Source of the DNA: an uncultured Rikenellaceae bacterium
GTDB lineage: Bacteria > Bacteroidota > Bacteroidia > Bacteroidales > VadinHA17
NCBI GenBank assembly: GCA_964638545.1
Contig: CAZXAM010000001.1
Location: 83,330 to 147,329, forward strand
Direction: 5' to 3'
Length of the DNA stretch: 64,000 nt
Made by a program: the position numbers and the translations under genes. The notes below the pieces were generated by a model that saw only the letters and a list, made by a program, of their open reading frames with translations, made no database searches and was not told where the DNA came from. Shown here one piece after another: positions 60,426-64,000 of this stretch (position 1 is the stretch's first letter; each line of letters starts with the position of its first letter).

Positions 60426-60525
60426 TTTTTGCCCCAAAAAAAATGTCATCCCGAGTCCCGTTTTATACGGGACGAGGGATCTCCCTGGTCATGCAGGTAA
60501 CTCTAAAAAAACTCCTCCGCAAAAT

Positions 60526-61662
60526 CTAAATGTCCCTGAAGTAATAATTCTTCAGCCATTCCCTGAATAGGGGATCGAGGATTGAAACCTTTCCGGATTC
60601 AATGTCAATTATTTCTCTTGCCATCAGCGCTTTTTTGATCTTCATGATGTTGCCTGAAGTTCCGAGCCCATAATCAATTATTACTTCCTGAGAACTTAAT
60701 TGCCCTACATTATTCACAACTGCTTTGAGAAAATTTACCTGGGTATCGCTCAGGTCGTTAGCCAGGTTCTGAAATAACAAGCTTAATTGCGATACCAGGC
60801 TGCTGAAAGCTGATTCAACTATTGCATTATTGCATCTCGACCTGCTCCTGAACCAGCATTGCTGGGAAAGCTGCTGCACATAGTACGGATGACAATCCGC
60901 TGACTCAGCGATGCGTCGCGCCACTTTGTTTTCGATAATTTTACCGGTATCGGCAAATCTCTTTTTTATAAAGAGTATCCATTCCTCAACCGGTATTTTC
61001 CTGAGTGGAATAATATTTCCGAATTTAAATAACGGCATTGCCTGTGAAGCAAAAATATCCATCATTACCTGAGGTCTGCTCCCTGAGAGACAGTATGAAA
61101 CCATGGAATGTTTCTGCCAGCGTGCTCTCAGCTTTTTCTGAAAGTCGATACTATTTTCGAAATCCGAAATATTCTGAAACTCATCGATGCAGACTACAAA
61201 TTTAATTTTCTTTTCAGTTGCTATTTTTTCTGCCAGATCCAGGATATCGTCAGGATTCCTTTTTACTTCCTTCAGGTTTAGTTCGAGTTTAATTAACGTA
61301 TCAGGTCCGGGATCTGATGTTACTTCAGGTGCGAACCTTCCAAGGAAACGTCCGGCAATATCCGTAACCTCCCTTATTTTTTTTGAAGAGCCCTGAAGAA
61401 CGGCAGCTGCGAAATTCCGGTAAAATTGTTCCTCGCTCCTGACATTTATAAGATCCGCGAAACAAAACCTGATCCTCTTTCTTTTCCTGAGAAGCGTTTC
61501 AGCAGCATGAGCTGCAAGTGATGATTTTCCCCATTTCGCGGGCGATATAAGGATTGAATTAACGGAAGAAGTGAAATTATGCATCAGGCTTTCCGTCTCC
61601 TGTTTTCTGCCGGTGAAATCGCTGCCGGCAGCAACCTTTCCATAAACAAATGGCGTCTTCAT
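60526..61662 (-). CDS. Arch_ATPase/DUF234-like AAA ATPase with a C-terminal winged-helix-like region
   Basis: The start FVYGKVAAGSDFTGRKQETESL is typical of the family. Walker A is the variant SPAKWGKSSL and Walker B is FVVCIDEFQ. The C-terminus is …DPLFREWL…. Confidence 0.7.
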   Translation of the reverse strand: MKTPFVYGKVAAGSDFTGRKQETESLMHNFTSSVNSILISPAKWGKSSLAAHAAETLLRKRKRIRFCFADLINVRSEEQFYRNFAAAVLQGSSKKIREVTDIAGRFLGRFAPEVTSDPGPDTLIKLELNLKEVKRNPDDILDLAEKIATEKKIKFVVCIDEFQNISDFENSIDFQKKLRARWQKHSMVSYCLSGSRPQVMMDIFASQAMPLFKFGNIIPLRKIPVEEWILFIKKRFADTGKIIENKVARRIAESADCHPYYVQQLSQQCWFRSRSRCNNAIVESAFSSLVSQLSLLFQNLANDLSDTQVNFLKAVVNNVGQLSSQEVIIDYGLGTSGNIMKIKKALMAREIIDIESGKVSILDPLFREWLKNYYFRDI

Positions 61663-61695
61663 TTCTTCTGCAAATATAAGAATTTATTAATAACA

Positions 61696-61741
61696 TACTA
61701 TTTGGTATGTTATCTTTTTATATGTTACTATTTGGTATGTT
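61696..61741. promoter_or_regulatory. Two 16-bp direct repeats (TACTATTTGGTATGTT) 30 bp apart in the ATPase promoter region, the first forming the palindrome AACATAC-N6-GTATGTT
   Basis: The copies lie at 61696-61711 and 61726-61741. A TATATTTG -7-like box (minus strand, about 61669-61676) sits between them and the ATPase ATG at 61662. Confidence 0.5.
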
Positions 61742-61944
61742 CTCAAAATTTCATGTCTTTTCCATCGTGATCTGAACTAATTATTAACACATGACTGTTA
61801 AGTTTTCCACATTCATCAATTTTTACAATCTTTTACTATAGCTTCGTAACAAATCTTATTGCGATTAAAGTAGTAGTACTATACGATCTGAATCCCGCGT
61901 GGGACAACCTCGAAATCAGCACAGCCCGGTGCTCGAACAAGATA

Positions 61945-62868
61945 TTGGCTGAAGCGCTGAAAGAAGAGGGGATTGAAACTTATCTGGAAGAACTCAGAGA
62001 CCCGAACCTGGGAAGAATACTGAAGAAATACAACCCCGACGAAACCATTATTTTCAACATTTGTGAAACTCTTCCGGGAATACCGAACAGCGAAAGAAGA
62101 GTTCTGGAAATTATTGAAAGCAGGGGATTCACCTATACCGGGAACGAACCGGAACTTATTGAGCTGAGCTGCGATAAAAAGAAAACTATGTCAATTGCAG
62201 GTTCACTCGGTGTAAGGGTTCCTTACGGTGCAGTGCTTTCTCCGGAAGAGGCAGATACATGGAGTATCTTTCCTGCTATCGTCAAGCCCTCGCATGACCA
62301 TTGCAGTCTTACATTGAGTGAAAAATCAGTTGTCTACGATACATTTTCCCTTAAGCAGCAAATATTGCTGCTGAACAATGAGCTGAATCAATCCGCCCTG
62401 GTAGAAGATTTTATAGACGGACGTGAATTCCATGTATCAGTGTGGAATAATGATCCTCCTGAAATTCTTCCTCCGGTTGAGATGGATTTTTCCGCTTTCG
62501 ACGAAGCAAGGAAAAGATTATGCACCTATGACTCAAAGTTCATTCCGGGCTCTGAACACTACGAGAAAATCGAAACAATAATACCTGCTCCTCTGGATGA
62601 CAAACTCTTCAGGAAACTGAAAAAGGATACCCTTACAATATGGAGAGGATTCGGTTGTCTCGATTATGCCCGGTTCGATTTCCGGCTTCGTGACGATAAA
62701 TTCTATCTCCTCGATATAAACCCCAATAACGATATCAGCTCTGACGCCAGTTTCGCCGCTGCGGCAGAATCAGTCAATTATTCATACGGCCAGCTGGTAA
62801 AAAGGATCGTCATGATGGCCGCCGAGCGACATCCTGTATTTGGAGAAAAAGTCCTGGTATCAGCATGA
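61945..62868 (+). CDS. ATP-grasp enzyme of the D-alanine--D-alanine-ligase-like family
   Basis: The ATP-grasp pattern is present (…FPAIVKPSHDHCS…, …ALVEDFIDGREFHVSVW…, …ARFDFRLRDDKFYLLDINPN…). The track start is a TTG. Coding-looking sequence (AIKVVVLYDLNPAWDNLEISTARCSNKI) continues in frame upstream to about 61861 without an ATG/GTG/TTG. Confidence 0.7.
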   Translation: MAEALKEEGIETYLEELRDPNLGRILKKYNPDETIIFNICETLPGIPNSERRVLEIIESRGFTYTGNEPELIELSCDKKKTMSIAGSLGVRVPYGAVLSPEEADTWSIFPAIVKPSHDHCSLTLSEKSVVYDTFSLKQQILLLNNELNQSALVEDFIDGREFHVSVWNNDPPEILPPVEMDFSAFDEARKRLCTYDSKFIPGSEHYEKIETIIPAPLDDKLFRKLKKDTLTIWRGFGCLDYARFDFRLRDDKFYLLDINPNNDISSDASFAAAAESVNYSYGQLVKRIVMMAAERHPVFGEKVLVSA

Positions 62869-62924
62869 TCGTTCGCAAAGATCATTTCTCTTAAACACGA
62901 TAATTTATTCTTCCTGCCAGCACC

Positions 62925-64000
62925 TTATTCCTTTATTTTCAAAGCCCAGTCACGAACGCAAGGATTTTCGGAGTCAGGGAAAGCAGGGATTGCCAATGAT
63001 CCCCTGCTGTCGCTTTTAATTGTCAGAGGTTCTTTCCACTCTCCCGTGAGAGGATCATACCATATTAACTTATATGATCTTCCCGGATTGAATCCTTCCA
63101 GAACCGGCAGAACCGATCTGTTTTCAAAATAGAGCAGCGCAAGATCTTTTTCGTTATTCCTCATCATGTATGACCAGCCGTCAAGACCATCCTCAAAGCT
63201 TCCTTCAGCTTTTCTCTGAAGAATGTCAACCTGCGCAGGCTCAAGTTTCTGGTACTTCTTGCCTTCGGATAAGACAAACTTGCTTAAGTATTTCATATAC
63301 TCTGCTGATTCATATTTCAAGGCGTCCCATATATGGGGCCTGAACCCTGCAGGCTCGCCTGTAGTGGTTATATCATAGGCTGCCGTTCCATGAACATGTC
63401 CCGATATGCCTCCTGAAAGCACAGAGACATACATCATAGCCCTCGAAAAGTAATTGTCCCGTTCTGAATCAGCAGCCGGTCTCTCTCCGTGCGGCTTGTT
63501 AAGTGAATGGTCCCACCCTGTGTAATAAGGTTCAAAATTGATTGCAGGGTACGCAGGCTTAAGCATAAACAAAGTGTCAAGCATGGCAGAGACACGATGA
63601 TCGCGCGGGTTGTTGCCAACACTGTGCATGGTGAGCCACGGACAATTTTCGCCGTGACCAAACTGAGTGTAAGTGGAGTTGTTGATGAGAGTAGTATGGG
63701 GCTGTCCGAATGGCATCGGCCCATATTTCTCCAGGTGATATTTCAGGGCTTCATTAAATTCGTCGGCTGTGAGGCTGTATTCTTTTGGTATCCAGTCGAG
63801 ATGTATCCCGCTGAAAAGAATATTGAAGGCTCCATATCTTGAGACAAGATATTGGATGAACCTAGAATATGATTCATTGAAATCGAAGTATGCTTTCCAT
63901 GCAGGACAGTTATCCCGCCTTACACTCTCGAGCAGGGGAACAAATCCCTCCTCAGAGAGATATTGCATCTTCCTGTCAAGACTCTGGAAATAGGCTGGTA
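62925..64000 (-). CDS. DUF4038/GH140-like glycoside hydrolase with a C-terminal beta-sandwich, N-terminally truncated by the window edge
   Basis: The reading frame stays open upstream of the track's Met (…PAYFQSLDRKMQYLSEEGF…) to base 64000. The family call is from memory of DUF4038 proteins (…FEPYYTGWDH…, C-terminal collagen-binding-like domain) and is tentative. Confidence 0.5.
   Translation of the reverse strand, partial: PAYFQSLDRKMQYLSEEGFVPLLESVRRDNCPAWKAYFDFNESYSRFIQYLVSRYGAFNILFSGIHLDWIPKEYSLTADEFNEALKYHLEKYGPMPFGQPHTTLINNSTYTQFGHGENCPWLTMHSVGNNPRDHRVSAMLDTLFMLKPAYPAINFEPYYTGWDHSLNKPHGERPAADSERDNYFSRAMMYVSVLSGGISGHVHGTAAYDITTTGEPAGFRPHIWDALKYESAEYMKYLSKFVLSEGKKYQKLEPAQVDILQRKAEGSFEDGLDGWSYMMRNNEKDLALLYFENRSVLPVLEGFNPGRSYKLIWYDPLTGEWKEPLTIKSDSRGSLAIPAFPDSENPCVRDWALKIKE

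Overview
The window reads as a Bacteroidota chromosome segment: it has a SusC/SusD pair, many lipoprotein-type signal peptides and TTTG/TAnnTTTG-style promoters. I cannot name the species from sequence alone. (i) 1-15.9 kb: a truncated tyrosine integrase sits at the left edge. It is followed by a cluster of paralogous single-pass membrane proteins with an N-terminal, presumably cytoplasmic, TIR domain. The TIR head is fused to one of two periplasmic tails: PEGA + cysteine-less FGE/SUMF1-like + alpha/beta-hydrolase, or TolB-N-like + TPR. This part also holds one frameshifted copy, an AraC-HTH-headed sibling with the same sensor tail, a beta-helix lipoprotein and a DUF4143-type ATPase. (ii) 16.4-27.4 kb: housekeeping-like genes, namely a PlsC-like acyltransferase + GPH/MFS transporter, a 5'-nucleotidase and a TetR-TolC-MFP-RND efflux operon. 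(iii) 27.7-30.1 kb: a fourth TIR-TPR receptor. (iv) 30.2-56.4 kb: a xylan-type polysaccharide utilisation region. It contains four tandem CBM48-esterases, a type-B carboxylesterase, another esterase, three GH10, a GH43-CBM32, SusC/SusD/DUF3823-like genes, an aldose epimerase, an enolase-superfamily enzyme and an orphan FtsX permease. (v) 56.7-64 kb: an EEP-family phosphoesterase, a fifth TIR-TPR receptor flanked by a perfect 105-bp direct repeat, an Arch_ATPase-like ATPase, an ATP-grasp enzyme and a truncated DUF4038/GH140-like gene. I saw no rRNA, tRNA or CRISPR array. The strongest candidate for something undescribed is the five-member family of TIR-headed transmembrane receptors. Their heads are near-identical and apparently homogenised, each with its own conserved promoter, while the sensor tails diverge, and each copy is embedded in REP/MITE-like palindromic repeats. 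All domain calls come from motif reading by eye, not from database searches.
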